Assembly (NCBI RefSeq): GCF_001194135.2
Contig: NC_068985.1
Coordinates: 87,341,983 to 87,378,359, forward strand
Origin: Octopus bimaculoides
Lineage: Eukaryota
Direction: 5' to 3'
Length of the DNA stretch: 36,377 nucleotides
This document shows, piece by piece, positions 1-11,916 of the stretch. The notes under the pieces were generated by a model. It ran no database searches. It was not told where the DNA came from and saw only the letters and a program-made list of their open reading frames with translations. How positions within the stretch are numbered: the first letter of the stretch is position 1; each line of letters opens with the position of its first letter. Position numbers and translations under genes: made by a program.

Positions 1-230
1 GGCACATAAAAGACACCATTTCGAGCGTGGCCGTTTTCGTGCGGGTGACACGTAAAAGCACCCACTACACTCTCTGAGTGGTTGGCGTTAGGAAGGGCAT
101 CCAGCTGTAGAAACTCTGCCAAATCAGACTGGAGCCTGGTGTTGCCATCCGGTTTCACCAGTCCTCAGTCAAATCGTCCAACCCATGCTAGCATGGAAAG
201 CGGACGTTAAACGATGATGATGATGATGAT
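1..230 (+). mobile_element. SINE family B, 3' portion with RTE-like tail
   Basis: Ends in the palindrome CCATGCTAGCATGG, then AAAGCGGACGTTAAAC and a (GAT)n tail. Homologous to copies at 7160, 21287, 29112 and 29672. The 5' end lies outside the window. Confidence 0.8.
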
Positions 231-355
231 ACATACATATATATAAATACATACATACATACATATATATATATAAATACATACATACATACACACACAT
301 ATATATATCCATACATATATATATGCTTGTGTGTGTGTGTGAATATATATGTATA

Positions 356-397
<42 letters not shown>

Positions 398-400
398 AGT
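231..400. repeat. Compound (ATAC)/(TA)/(GT) microsatellite
   Basis: Directly visible. Confidence 0.95.
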
Positions 401-1122
401 GTGTATGTCTGTATTTTATGAATCCAATAATGGCGTGGGGGTAGGCATACAACGTGCATTTGCAGATGACATGTTTATCAAGAATAGTGAATTAGGAGAC
501 TTTTCTGCTGCAGCCAGCATATTCTTTGACGATCCAGCTATGGCCATCATTCCTTAAAGCTACACCATTGTAATATCATCTGATGTGTTCGCTTTCGTTT
601 TTTTTTTTTAAATATTGTGGAGATGTGATTTGAGAAAATGTTTCTTGCAGAGTAAACGAGAATGTCAAAGGTTGTTGTTCTGAAATGAAGGTGAAAAGAA
701 GAGGTGGGGTGGGGAATGACCAAACAGTTGATGGATGGAAGAATATCAACGTCTTAAGTAATAACCTTGTGGTTCCCATGCCAATGGTGGTGCAACTTCC
801 TTTCCCTGTTCAACCCTATCTCTTCCAGAAACCTTCTGTCTCAAACAGCCACTTGTCAAAAACAAATTCTTTCTCATATTCTACATCAAAATAAACATTT
901 TGACTAACCACGTGATTATTTCTGAATTTAGGACATTTGTGTAGGAACATTTTAATTGCTTGAAATAGCAGTCATATCTTGTCAGACCACATCATTTTAA
1001 GGGTTATTAGCATTGTTAAATAGCTATTGAGGAATAGTGACATTTGGTGGGTTGCATGCTATGTTCATAAGTTTGAGTTTTCACTAAGAAATATGTTAAG
1101 TAGTGATGCCAAGACAGTTCAT

Positions 1123-1340
1123 AATTATTGGTCTCAAATTTTGGCTCAAGGCCAGCAATTCTGAGATGGGAGAAGTTGATTACATTGACCCCAGTGTATA
1201 ACTGGTCCTTATTTTAATCGACTCACAAAGGACAAAAGATAAGGTTGACCTCAGCGGAATTTGAACTTAGAACGTAAAGATGGATGGAATTCTGTGAGCC
1301 ATTTTGCCCAGTAAGCGAACTATTCTGCTAGCTTGACACT
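1123..1340 (-). mobile_element. tRNA-headed SINE family A, near full length
   Basis: The plus strand shows GATTACATTGACCCCAGT...GAATTTGAACTTAGAACG (reverse-complement B box), shared with six other copies in the window. Confidence 0.85.
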
Positions 1341-1351
1341 TTACAGTTCAT

Positions 1352-1502
1352 GATTATTGGTTTCTAATTTTGGTACGAGACCAGCACTTTTGGGAGAGGG
1401 GATAAGTCAATTACATCGACCCCAGTGTGTAACTGGTACTTATTTTATTGCCTGTGAATGGATGAAAGGCAAAGTTAACCATAGCAGGATTTGAACTCAG
1501 AA
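1352..1502 (-). mobile_element. SINE family A, 5'-truncated
   Basis: TTACATCGACCCCAGTGTGTAACTGGTACTTATTTTAT...GATTTGAACTCAGAAC. Confidence 0.85.
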
Positions 1503-2159
1503 CTACCTCTATTTTAGTCTCAATTTTAATGGCCACAATTTTAGGTTTATGTCATCTTGTATCAATTCAGGTCATTCAAAACTCTTGATTTATATTTGGT
1601 TGATAAGAAAATGTGGAGGCACATTATAGGAAGCATTGTTTTTTTTTTTATGATTATCAGTGCAGTGTGCTTGTGTGATACATTTACCTGGTCCAAGGAG
1701 AGCCTAGCAAAGTTCAGTCAGACACAAATATTAGAAATTGCCCTCTGCCTTAAGCATAACAATCTCCCTTCCTCCTGTTGGCTTTGGAGGACAATAAACC
1801 AATTGGAAGCATTAACCATTCTCCTTCCAAAAGCATTCCTCCATAGAAAAGGGTCACTGATGTTGTTCCTTCTTTTCTGAAAAATAAACACAGAAATAAA
1901 ACCTTAAAAAATCCAACACCATAAACCTGTTAACTTTGCCAGTCTACATCTGGACATTGCTGGCACATATCAAAGCAGGGAAGTTATGCGTATGGCTGTA
2001 CTTTATGGACGCCAGTATATATATAGTGTGTATACACTGACATTCAGTGTCCTGTAATTGATGTTTATTAAATGTTGTTACTGGTCGAGAAATGATTATT
2101 AATTAGAATAACTGGTTTTACTGTTTGCATCCCTCAACACCATGAAGTTCTCTGTAGTT

Positions 2160-2236
2160 AGACATATGTGCACACATACATATACTTACATATATACAAA
2201 CATGCATGTATGTATATGTGTGTGTGTCCATAAATA

Positions 2237-2321
<85 letters not shown>

Positions 2322-2324
2322 ATA

Positions 2325-2361
<37 letters not shown>

Positions 2362-2620
2362 GAATATATATATATATAAAAGTGTGTGCATTTTTATTTA
2401 TGTATATGCATACATCACACATACACTCACACATATACATACATGCATATATACACACATACTAACACATGCATGTATAGTTATATATAAATGTGTGCAT
2501 GTTGATACACATACATACCCGTGTACACATAATTACATTTATATATTTATATTCACATGTATATACCTGAAAACGTATGTAGAAGTAAACCTGTCCATGT
2601 TTGTGTATTTTTACACATGA
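2160..2620. repeat. Compound (TA)n/(GA)n/(CA)n microsatellite
   Basis: Directly visible. Confidence 0.95.
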
Positions 2621-2949
2621 AAAATATCAATGCGTTTTAGTACCGAGGTAGCAAAGCAAAGACAGTTTTAATGCAGAATCGTTCATTGGCAGTAAGCTTT
2701 GATATTTTGATTGGTGCCACAAAGTTTAATGGAGCTGTAATGCTGAAGAAATATCTCGCTGATCTAATAAAGTGTTTATTTCATCTGAAATATTATTATC
2801 ACTGTGAAATATTTGACAAAACGCACAAATCAGAGCAGGATTAACTCACTAAATTATTCTCTCAAACACACCATACAACATAGAGTCGGAATTTTGGTTT
2901 GATTTTTTTGGTTTTTGCTCTCTGTCTCTATGTAATTTCTGACTAATAT

Positions 2950-3800
2950 GTGTGTGGTGATGAAAGAGAATGTACGTATATATATGTGTGTGTGTGTTTA
3001 TTTCTGTGTATTAGTGTGAATGTACATGTATGCATTTCTGTGTCAATATGTGTTAATGCGCATGTTTATGTGTGTATATTTCATGTCAATGTGTGTTTAA
3101 ATGTGTGTGTTTTGAGTTGTGGATCTGTGTGTACATATGTTAAAGCAGGCATGAATATATTTGTGAATGTATTTGCGTAAATTTGTTTGTCCATTTATGT
3201 GTATTTGTGGTAGTGTAGGTGAAAGGGTGTGTCTGTGTGTGTATTTTTGTGGGTGTGTGAGATGGTGTGCAAATTGAGATGTGTGAATGAGCATCTGTAA
3301 GCAAACGTGTGTGTTCATGTAGAAATTTTATGAGAATGTGTATGCAGTTGTGTGTGTGTATGTATGTGTTAATGTTGGTGTAAATGGATATGTTCTTGTA
3401 ATGTGTGTGAATGTCTATGTTAACATACACATTCTGTTAATGTGTAAAATAATGTCAGTGTGTTTATGTATATGTATATTGTTGACTATATGCTTGTTTG
3501 AGTTGTACGTGTGTGTCAAAATAAGTGTGTATATTTCTCCGTGAATGAGTGTTTGTGTAGGTTACTGTGTGTAGGTTTACGTATGTTTTAAAGTATATGA
3601 ATGTATTTGTATCTGTGCACGTGTGGGAAGCATGTGTGTGTGTGTGTGTGTGTGTGTGTATTTATTTTAGCAAAAGTAAATAAATAGATGTCTGAAATGT
3701 ATATGTTAATGTCAGTGAATAAACGAACACGTATGCATGGTTGTGAATATATGTAAATGTATGTGTATGTATAAGCATGTGTATGCATAAGTATGCGTCG
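2950..3800. repeat. Degenerate (GT)/(AT) low-complexity array
   Basis: Directly visible. Confidence 0.9.
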
Positions 3801-4299
3801 ATTGGACAAGGAAAAGTAGACAGAGAAAAATTAAAAGACACAAGATTACACTCATAAGATTTTAATGGAACTTTCCAGTTGAGGCTCTGCTCTTTACAAG
3901 CAAAGGTCGGAATCTCTGGCCGCTCACAGGCTTACAGGCTTACATAATAAAACATTATTGATTTGTGAAGTTGAAATATTGCATAAAATGTGAAAGGATA
4001 TTGTGGAATAGTGACATGTGTGTATAGTTGTTGAGAAGATTCATGGATTGTCACATGCTGGCAGCCCTAATGGAAAGTTTTATTCATTATATTATGGACT
4101 GACCCCTAACCCCATAAACCCTACCCCTTCTCCCAGCTGCTATTGGATGTTACATAAATGGTTCTAATGCTCAATGAGTAGCACTGTCAGGAATACCATC
4201 CATATTGGCATTGATCTGCTCTAATTGCTGTTGTTGTTGCTGTTTAGGTGTGGGCCAGCTCCAATTGAGCAGTCCTATAATCAAACAAGGTGGCCATGG

Positions 4300-4442
4300 A
4301 TTGGCCAAGCTGGTAGAGAATAGGACAGATTGGATTGCCGTATTTGTTCTGGGTCTCTGCACTCTAAGTTCACTTCCTCCCAACATCAACTTTGCTCCTT
4401 TCATTCTTTTGGGGTCAATTGATAAAGTACCACTCCAGTACC
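4300..4442 (+). mobile_element. SINE family A, degraded
   Basis: GCCAAGCTGGTAGA...AACTTTGCTCCTTTCATTCTTTTGGGGTCAATTGATAAAGTACC aligns to the reverse complement of the other family A copies. Confidence 0.65.
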
Positions 4443-4739
4443 CTTTTTCTCTCAGTTTATCTTCCTCTGTCTATCTGTCTGTTTGTCTCTCTTTCTTACA
4501 ATTTCTGGTAAAATCAGGTTTGGCAAAACCAATGAGAGAAATGTGCTCCATCAGGTCTAAAGGAAAATATACTCAGGGCACCATCTTTGGTATAATGATA
4601 ATGCTACTATCAAAGGTTGAGGTCCCATCATGTAACATAATCAAAGACATTCCAGAGAAGATCATTCCATCTTGCTCTCTTTCAAAACACAGTACATCTA
4701 AAACTATGTTATCCAACACATTCTTTCTTTCATAAGTTA

Positions 4740-5090
4740 TTGTGTTGAGTCAAAATCTTTGCAATATTTTGGTAAGTTATTTTCTTTATTTGTCAAGCAG
4801 AGGCCATCATGTTGCACCATCCAAAGCCACTTTCTGTCAGGTCTTAGATCCCATACTGATGCCAATTCTTCTTCGAACTGAAGAACTTCCTTCACTGAAG
4901 TGTCCACCTCTTTTTCGGTGATGCTTCATCATGAGTGTAGCAGGTGAGCTGTGGATCGTAATGAGTAATGAACAGGTAGAAAGGTGCAACACGATCACCA
5001 CTACTTTGAATGCCAGGCTGCTTTTATTGGAACTTGATGCGTAAAGTAAACAAGTTACCAAAATATTGCAGAACTTTTGACTCGACACAA
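4740..5090 (-). mobile_element. Internally deleted mariner derivative (MITE-like)
   Basis: About 49-bp terminal inverted repeats (7 mismatches) flanked by TA at 4738-4739 and 5091-5092. The minus-strand remnant EKEVDTSVKEVL...PDRKWLWMVQHDG resembles a mariner transposase C-terminus. Confidence 0.7.
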
Positions 5091-5489
5091 TAGTAAGGTG
5101 AAATTTGGGTTGATTTGACTGTTATTATGAGCGTCTGGAAAATCAAGATAGAAGTTTCATGCTTCCAATGACTTTGGCCCAATTATATTCATGAGATGCG
5201 GAATAATATTTCTTTATTAATTAAAATTTCTTTTTCATTTGGACAGAAAAAAAAGAAAAGAAAGAAAATAGCTTGCAGTGGCTATTAACAACTCTCAAAG
5301 AAAAGGGGGAGAAATTTGTAGAAAATAAAGAATTAATTTCTCAAATTTAATTAACATTCTCAGAAACAAGTCTGATCTTTGTTTGCAAGGGGGGAAACAA
5401 CAATTGACATGTTGCATTCAATTATACATATCTATGTATGTGCACGCATGTGTGTGTGTATCATTGCATCTGCATTCGTCCCTTTATTA

Positions 5490-5680
5490 AACTGCTTGAC
5501 AACTGGTGTTGGTTTGTTTACATCCCCATAATGTTTAGCAAATGAAACCTATACGGTAAATACCAGGCTGCAAAAAAATGTGCCGTGTTTGAGTTGTTCA
5601 ACTAAAAATTCTTCAGGGCAACACCCCAGCATGGCCACAGTCTTATGACTGAAGTGATTAAGAGATAAAAGATAAGAGAT
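5490..5680 (+). mobile_element. SINE family E, 3' portion
   Basis: CTTGACAACTGGTGTTGG...CCCCAGCATGGCCACAGTC...AGATAAAAGATA tail; homologous to 25740-25885. Confidence 0.7.
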
Positions 5681-6194
5681 GTGATATCCCCTTTCCTTTC
5701 TTCATCACTCACAATTATTGTTAGGCTTTTGATTTCTTTCCTTAACTAAAGTGCAAATTTCAATTCAATCAACTCCATTTTACATCTCCCTTTAACTGAT
5801 TTTCAAGATGACCTCAGCACCTCTGCAGGCCAGATGCTAAGGTTTGCATTTCTTGTTTCTCTGCATATTGAAACTATTTTATTTACTATTTATTATATTT
5901 TTGTTGTTGTGTCTTTTGTTGTAATTAATTTTAGTTGTTATTTCTGTTGTTGTTGAAAGGGCAGCTCTATGTTTAGTGTTGTTCCATCTATGACCATCCC
6001 GTCTGCTTAAGGCTTTTTAAGAATATAATATCTAATGAGTCCTTTACTCAATTCCAGACAGCAGGATGTAGTTTGAGGGAGACTAGGCTATCATTTACAG
6101 TGGGTAAAACAAACTCAGACATGGTTTCTTATTGAACTTAGTAAAGAAACAAAACCAGACATCTATTCTGACATTCTTACAATTTTGCTAATCC

Positions 6195-6330
6195 TCTGAC
6201 CTGGATTAGTCCTACTTTATTAAGTCTAAAATGATAAAAGACAAAGCTGAGCTTGCTGGGATTTGAACTCACAGGCAATATTAATGCGAGGCATTTGTCC
6301 TCTGTTCTAACGACTCTGCCACTTCACCTT
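6195..6330 (-). mobile_element. SINE family A, degraded
   Basis: GGGATTTGAACTCAC...CTAACGACTCTGCCACTTCACCTT matches the family A head. Confidence 0.6.
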
Positions 6331-6609
6331 ACCAATATACCCATACCACCTTCTGTGTTCTGTCCCATCTGCCTATAAAACAAAACTTCCATCAACACTC
6401 ATGGAATATTTCTTCATCAACAACAGAATCGAGTTTTAAATATTGATTTTCTCATTGTTTTCCATTCAATGTCTGATTCTCGTTGTGTCTCTTTATCTCT
6501 TGGAGTAATTCAGTGATAAAGTGAAGGTCAGTAATTGAATGGTCGGCAGCCATCAACCACACAGCAAACATTTCAAAGAGCAGATTCTTCAACCATATAC
6601 CACTCATCT

Positions 6610-6815
6610 ATATATCTGTATGTGTATATGTGTGTATGCATGTATGTATACACACACATATACATACATATACATATATATAAACATATACATACATATA
6701 TATGTATATATATATTTACATATATATATACATATATGTATGAATGTATATATATGTGTGTATGTATGTGCGTATGTATATAGACACATGTGTGTGTGCA
6801 TATGTGTATATGTGT
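6610..6815. repeat. (TA)/(CA)/(GT) microsatellite
   Basis: Directly visible. Confidence 0.95.
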
Positions 6816-7014
6816 GTTTGTGTTTTGCTTTTGTAGTTATTAATCTTTTAACCTACTTCTTGCAGGTGATATATTGTGTTGTTGTTGTTGCTGTTGTTTA
6901 TTTTTGTGACCCAGTTTCACCTGACATGTTTTGGTGATTTAAATAAGTCTTGATTGAGATGTATGTTGTTTTGCAGCCAGTAACATAAAGGTGAAGGTGA
7001 TGCTGACAGTGCAA

Positions 7015-7170
7015 GATGATGATAAAGAGTAGGAGGAAGATGTTGATGATGACGGTGGTGTTGATGATGATGACGACGACGATGACGACAACGATGATGA
7101 TGCTGATGGACATCATCATCGTCATCACTGTTGTTGTTGTCACCATTGCCATCGTCGTCATTATCATCAT
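7015..7170. repeat. (GAT/GAC)n followed by (CAT/CGT)n triplet repeats
   Basis: Directly visible. Confidence 0.9.
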
Positions 7171-7360
7171 TTAACATCCATTTTTCCATGCTGGCATGGG
7201 TTGGACAGTTTGACAGGAGCTGGCACGACTGGAGAGCTGCACCAGGTATCAACTGTCTATTTTGGCTTGGTTTCTGCACCCACTTGCCCTTCTTGACACC
7301 AACCACTTTACAGAGTGTACACAGGTGTTTTTGTTACTTTATGTGACACTAGTGGCATCA
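7160..7360 (-). mobile_element. SINE family B
   Basis: CATCATTTAACATCC...CCATGCTGGCATGGGTTGGAC...CAACCACTTTACAGAGTG is the reverse complement of 60-230. Confidence 0.75.
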
Positions 7361-7581
7361 ATAAGCTGCTTGTAAGAGAAAGACCTCTTCTCACCTGAGA
7401 GTGGAACTCCAGTAAAGAAAAGTGTGCCAAGTGAGAGTTAGAGTATGATAAAGGGACAGAGATAATTGTCTTAGAGAAGATACTTGGCTACCCCAGAAGG
7501 ACAAGGAAGGAGACCGAGACTTAGAGAAAATTAAACACTCAGAGTGAGAGAAAGAAAAGTAGATGGTATTGGATAGTGGCA

Positions 7582-7880
7582 GACTGGGTTTAAAAATATC
7601 GGTTGCCAGGAGACTAAGGGGGCCAACTCATATTTACAAGGGGCCCAACCCACATCTACAATACTATCATTTAGTTTTTTTTTCTTTGTTAAAAGTATTC
7701 TTTTCAACTGTCTACAAACACAGCCAGGCTGAAATAATTAATACATTCTTCCAGAAGTGGATAAAAAAATTCTCAAACTTTAGGGATGGGCCCCTTAGAT
7801 ACTAACATGGGCCCCCATATATGGATTCTGATGGTGCAGAGACCCACTTGCCATTGGGCAAGCTGGCAACCTGGCCAGTC
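7582..7880. mobile_element. Possible MITE with imperfect inverted ends
   Basis: Both ends read GACTGG...GGTTGCCAG inward and flank GGGCCC motifs. No target-site duplication was found. Confidence 0.3.
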
Positions 7881-8154
7881 CACCACTGGTGTTGGGGATG
7901 TATTGGGACCCAACTACACCAATGGGCCCTACATTGCTTTAAAGAGAATACAGTGAAATTTGAGGGAGTTTTCGTTTTTATTTCTAGTGACAATATAGGG
8001 ACTGTATTTGATATTGATTACAATAAAGTAATGCTTCCCATCCCTAGCAGAGCAGTGATGATGAAACTTGGAATCAGGTAGATGTTGGTTCCAATAATGG
8101 CACTGAAGATGTGGTAAGACCTTATCAGGGTCTTTGATGCGATTGTGACGATGT

Positions 8155-8322
8155 ATTCGTGTGTGCATGCCTGCATGCATGTATATATGTATGTATATAT
8201 GTATGTATGTATGTCTTCTCATGCATATACTTGCAGATCTGACATACTCTTTGTATGTATGTATGTATGTATATATGTATGTGTGTGTGTGTGTGTGTGT
8301 ATGTGTGTGCGCGTGTGCGTGT
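8155..8322. repeat. (ATGT)/(GT) microsatellite
   Basis: Directly visible. Confidence 0.95.
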
Positions 8323-8328
8323 ACCTGA

Positions 8329-8560
8329 CATGAGGATGATAGTAAAATGGAACACCTTCCAGTTATAGGGGAGATGGCATTTGAACCTACTCTAAATGAC
8401 ATTTATTTAGCTGTGAATAAGCTGAATAGCAAAAAGACTCCAGGGTCTGATGGAATCTGTGCAGAAGTCTTGAAATCTTAACAGATGGCTTACTTGGCAG
8501 TGAGAAAAGTACCTAAGACAACTGGGGGTCTTTGAAATGCTAAATTGCTGCATTATATGT
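8329..8560 (+). mobile_element. RTE-like LINE fragment (region just upstream of the RT domain)
   Basis: 8329-8478 translates to ...EPTLNDIYLAVNKLNSKKTPGSDGICAEVLKS, the conserved K-x-PG-x-DGI-x-AE LINE motif. A frameshifted continuation follows. Confidence 0.75.
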
Positions 8561-9679
8561 CTTTGATGTTGTTGTGATGGTTGTTGGTGTAGTTTGCTGT
8601 TGTCAGCTGATATGAAATGACTGAAAATGTATTTCCTGGGTCGCACGAAGTAACGGAACGACACCCTCAAACAATTAACTCAAGGCACATAAAGTTTTAA
8701 GCGTGCAGGTCTTTTCTAAATGCTAACAACAATAACTACGTCTTGGGAGAGACATATCGCTTGGAGTTGATGACAAGCTCACTTGTATCACAATCTGTAT
8801 CTGGTCCATCATAACCGGAAAATAATAGTGCTATGTTCATGGCGACGAAAATTCCTATTTCTTATCTGTTATCTGTCTTAATTAGCTGGATATGATTATG
8901 AGAATGCAGACGATGTGCAACTGCCTCCACATTCTACAATAGCTACCAAAAACCGCTCCTTTATAGAGCATAAGGAAAAAATCTCAGAAAATCATATCAC
9001 ACAGTGGCTTGATGTTGATAGGCTGCTTAACAAACCGATCAAGTGAAACTACTTTGGTTTGATCGTGATGTGAGACTGGTTACCTAGCAGTTTGGTTTCA
9101 AATCACTGCAGCGGTGTAACTGAATAAAACCAAATGTTAGTTGAGTTCTGGTACTACCCCCCATTAACCACGTTTTTCTGTCTTTGTTTGTCATTTAGGT
9201 AGGAGGGAAAGGGCTTCCAAGATGAGTGGGGCTGTGGTATGTATCTTAAAATAAGAAACCTAGTCCAGAATACTTGCTACAAATTTACTTTGGCTAAAGG
9301 CACCCGGAGAACAAAGCGGTGGCATGAAACCAAGCAACGAATTTTGTTTGCTATTCACTTGTGTGACAAAATATAGAAGAGTTGCAGTTATTTACCACTT
9401 CTATGTTCTGGTATATAATTTCTTCTCTTGTTCCAAAATGTACAGATATAATTTTGAGAAATGTTCTCAGGGCCTGACGTCTCCAGCTTGGCTTATTTTG
9501 AAATGGGAATAGTTTCTGCGATATTCCCATTTCGTAGATAAGACATGAGTCAGTAAGAGACAATAGTTGTGAACAATATGTCTTACGAGCTTAAAATCAC
9601 AGGTTTTTCTGTGTCAGCATCATTGCTGAATGTCCAAACCTATGACCATTGAGTCTTCTCTTTCAATAACTTGCTTATA

Positions 9680-9894
9680 ATAGTTTCAGTTTTGGCACAA
9701 GATCCATAATTTAAGGTGAGGAGGAAAATCGATTACGTCAACCACAGTATTAAAGTGGAACTTATTTTATCGACCCCAGAGGGATGAAAGGCGAAGTCGA
9801 CCTTGGCAGTATTTGAACCCAGAACGTAAAGATGGACGAAATACCGCTAAGCATTTTGCCTGGCGTGCGAACGATTCTATCAGCTCACCGACCT
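9680..9894 (-). mobile_element. SINE family A, near full length
   Basis: TTATCGACCCCAGAGGGATGAAAGGCGAAGTCGACC...GAACCCAGAACG...AATACCGCTAAGC. Confidence 0.9.
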
Positions 9895-10725
9895 ATAACT
9901 TACTTATATCCTGAATCTTTAGGATAACCCTTAGGTGACGTTTAACGTGAGAGAATGGAAACTTCCTAGAAACGAAAGCTTAATCTGATAGAAGACATCA
10001 CTACAAGGCTATCTCTTTACTGTTTGTTCCATGATAAATGTACTCAGTACCTTCTGTAATATGATTGATGTTAGGAAAAACATCAAGTCGTATGAACCAT
10101 GATAAAAATAGAAATACGAATGACCGAAAGATGTCTGACAGGCCCAGGGAAGTAGTGACGCTAAGTATGAAACTACTTTGACTGTGACGACCCATCAAAG
10201 TTTTGCCAGAATTTCGTGGAGTAAATTGTTAGATATTTCTTCATAAACAAAAGTTTAACCACAAACTATTATAAAATGTTCCTTTACTAGTAGACAGCAG
10301 TCCTTATTTTCATTTTCTCTGAAATTTTTGAAGTACCGTGAAAATCTGAGGAAAAGTCAGAAATTGATAACTTTCTTAATATGAATGGATCATTGGTTAA
10401 GTGTATATGTATGCAGATAGAGGCATGGTTCATCCACACGCATATACAGAGATTTGCACGATAAACAGAGATTAGCTCATATACTACGGTTTCAATAGAT
10501 CTGTACTTTAGTTGACATAACAATAGATTTAAAATTATTTCTTGAACGGTTGTTAGTGGCAAAAGCTTTTCACACAGAATAAGGAGTGTAAATTCTTGGA
10601 GCTTACTATCATCTCACACGTATAAGTTCTTTCTGAAATTTTAGAGAGAAGGTTAAGTAGTTTGCCTTTTCAATTTCGGATCAGAATAAGCTGTTGAATG
10701 TTGTGTTACTGCTCAGTAAGACCTA

Positions 10726-10946
10726 CGAGGGGGTGCTGAAAAGTTCCTAGCTTTGGATAAAAGAAAATACAGAAGGATCAGTTAATTATGATTTTATCCA
10801 ACATATTCCCCCTCTCAGATGCACACACTTATTGCAAGAGTACTTCAGTTTTTCTAAGCCTTGTAAAAGAACTCGGAATGCTGGGCCTCCAACTAGGCCT
10901 TTTGCGATACACTCAAAGCCAGTAATTTTACAGCCCACCTCCCTCG
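10726..10946 (-). mobile_element. Mariner-derived MITE (221 bp)
   Basis: TA|CGAGGGGGTGCTGAAAAG...CACCTCCCTCG|TA. The minus strand encodes LQGLEKLKYSCNKCVHLRGEYVG* (stop at 10794-10796), a typical mariner transposase C-terminus. Confidence 0.85.
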
Positions 10947-11589
10947 TAATTTGCATCATCAATCTGTAAACGCCTGTGTTCTAGTTAGCAAACCTCATGC
11001 CTTATTGAAGGTCTCTGTTTTGCCGCTCAGATTTTAAATTTGCAGTGAAAGTATCGTGACATATTCCAGATGGCAGTGGTAGAATGAATTGTAGCGTCGC
11101 AGACAACTTTTGAAAGATTGCTTTGTGAACCAGATATCACTTGTCGATGTGTTATTGGTGGAGAAGCTGGTAAAACAGATAATACCTTTTCAAGCCATTT
11201 TCCCTTTCGAAGGAACGAATCGGTGAGTTTCTATAAAGTCAATGAAAAACAAGCCAGCTGTATGTAAAAAATGTTTTTTGCATATGGTACCGATAGGTTG
11301 TTCCATGGTCTCCTTCGATCAGTAATGTGAATTTTGAAATATATTTAGCAATTTCATCCGCGAAATTTGTCTACAAATATGTATATTCAAAGGTCTTGAG
11401 AGAATTGCTGTTGAATAATAAAGTTGAGAAGAATTGAAACGAGCAATTTTGAAGTAATGAACTTGACTGCTAAATTGGTGCCGGTTATCGATCAGCAATA
11501 CACTACTTTCACGTTGATTTAGATTTCCCATAAATTTCGAATTTCCTTCTTTTGAGCGATTTAACGCTTCACGGTAAAAATAAACAATA

Positions 11590-11916
11590 TCAGGCTGGAA
11601 GAGTTTTTGTCGAACGAATCGACCCCTATACATTCTTTAAAGCCTACTACTAATTTCTATCGGCCTCTTTTGTCGAACTGGTTAGTTACGGAGACGTAAC
11701 CATACCAGCATCAGTTGTCAAGCGGTGGTGGGGGAAAACATACAGACGAGCAAGCACACACATACGAGGGGCTTTTTCCAGTTTTCGTCTACCTAATCTA
11801 CTCACAAAGCTTTGCTTGGCTAGGGCTCTAAAATAAAACACTTGCCCAAAATGCCACGCAGTAGGATTGAACCCGGAACCCTGACGTTGGGAAGCAAACG
11901 TCTTGCCACGTTACCA
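11590..11916 (-). mobile_element. SINE family E (tRNA head plus CORE-like segment)
   Basis: ACACTTGCCCAAAATGCCACGCAGTAGGATTGAACCCGG; homologous to 24343-24733 and 25457-25885. Confidence 0.85.

Noticed and set aside
420-900. AFADDM (plus) and FDILVYS (minus) resemble reverse-transcriptase motifs
   Set aside because: They lie on opposite strands with no supporting neighbouring motifs.
2641-2691. 51-nt AG...GTAAGC-bounded frame YRGSKAKTVLMQNRSLA
   Set aside because: Short, weak acceptor, no partner exon; expected by chance.
4205-4735. 176-aa ORF
   Set aside because: It runs through a (TGT) tract, a degraded SINE and a CT-rich tract, with no domain.
6340-6600. Protein-like minus frame with sparse stops
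   Set aside because: No recognisable motif; cannot be assigned.
9500-9533. Perfect 12-bp hairpin GAAATGGGAATA/TATTCCCATTTC
   Set aside because: Isolated; one such stem is plausible by chance in 36 kb of AT-rich DNA.
11319-11633. 104-aa minus ORF with faint Ig-like wording
   Set aside because: It starts inside a SINE tail and lacks the canonical Ig Cys/Trp.
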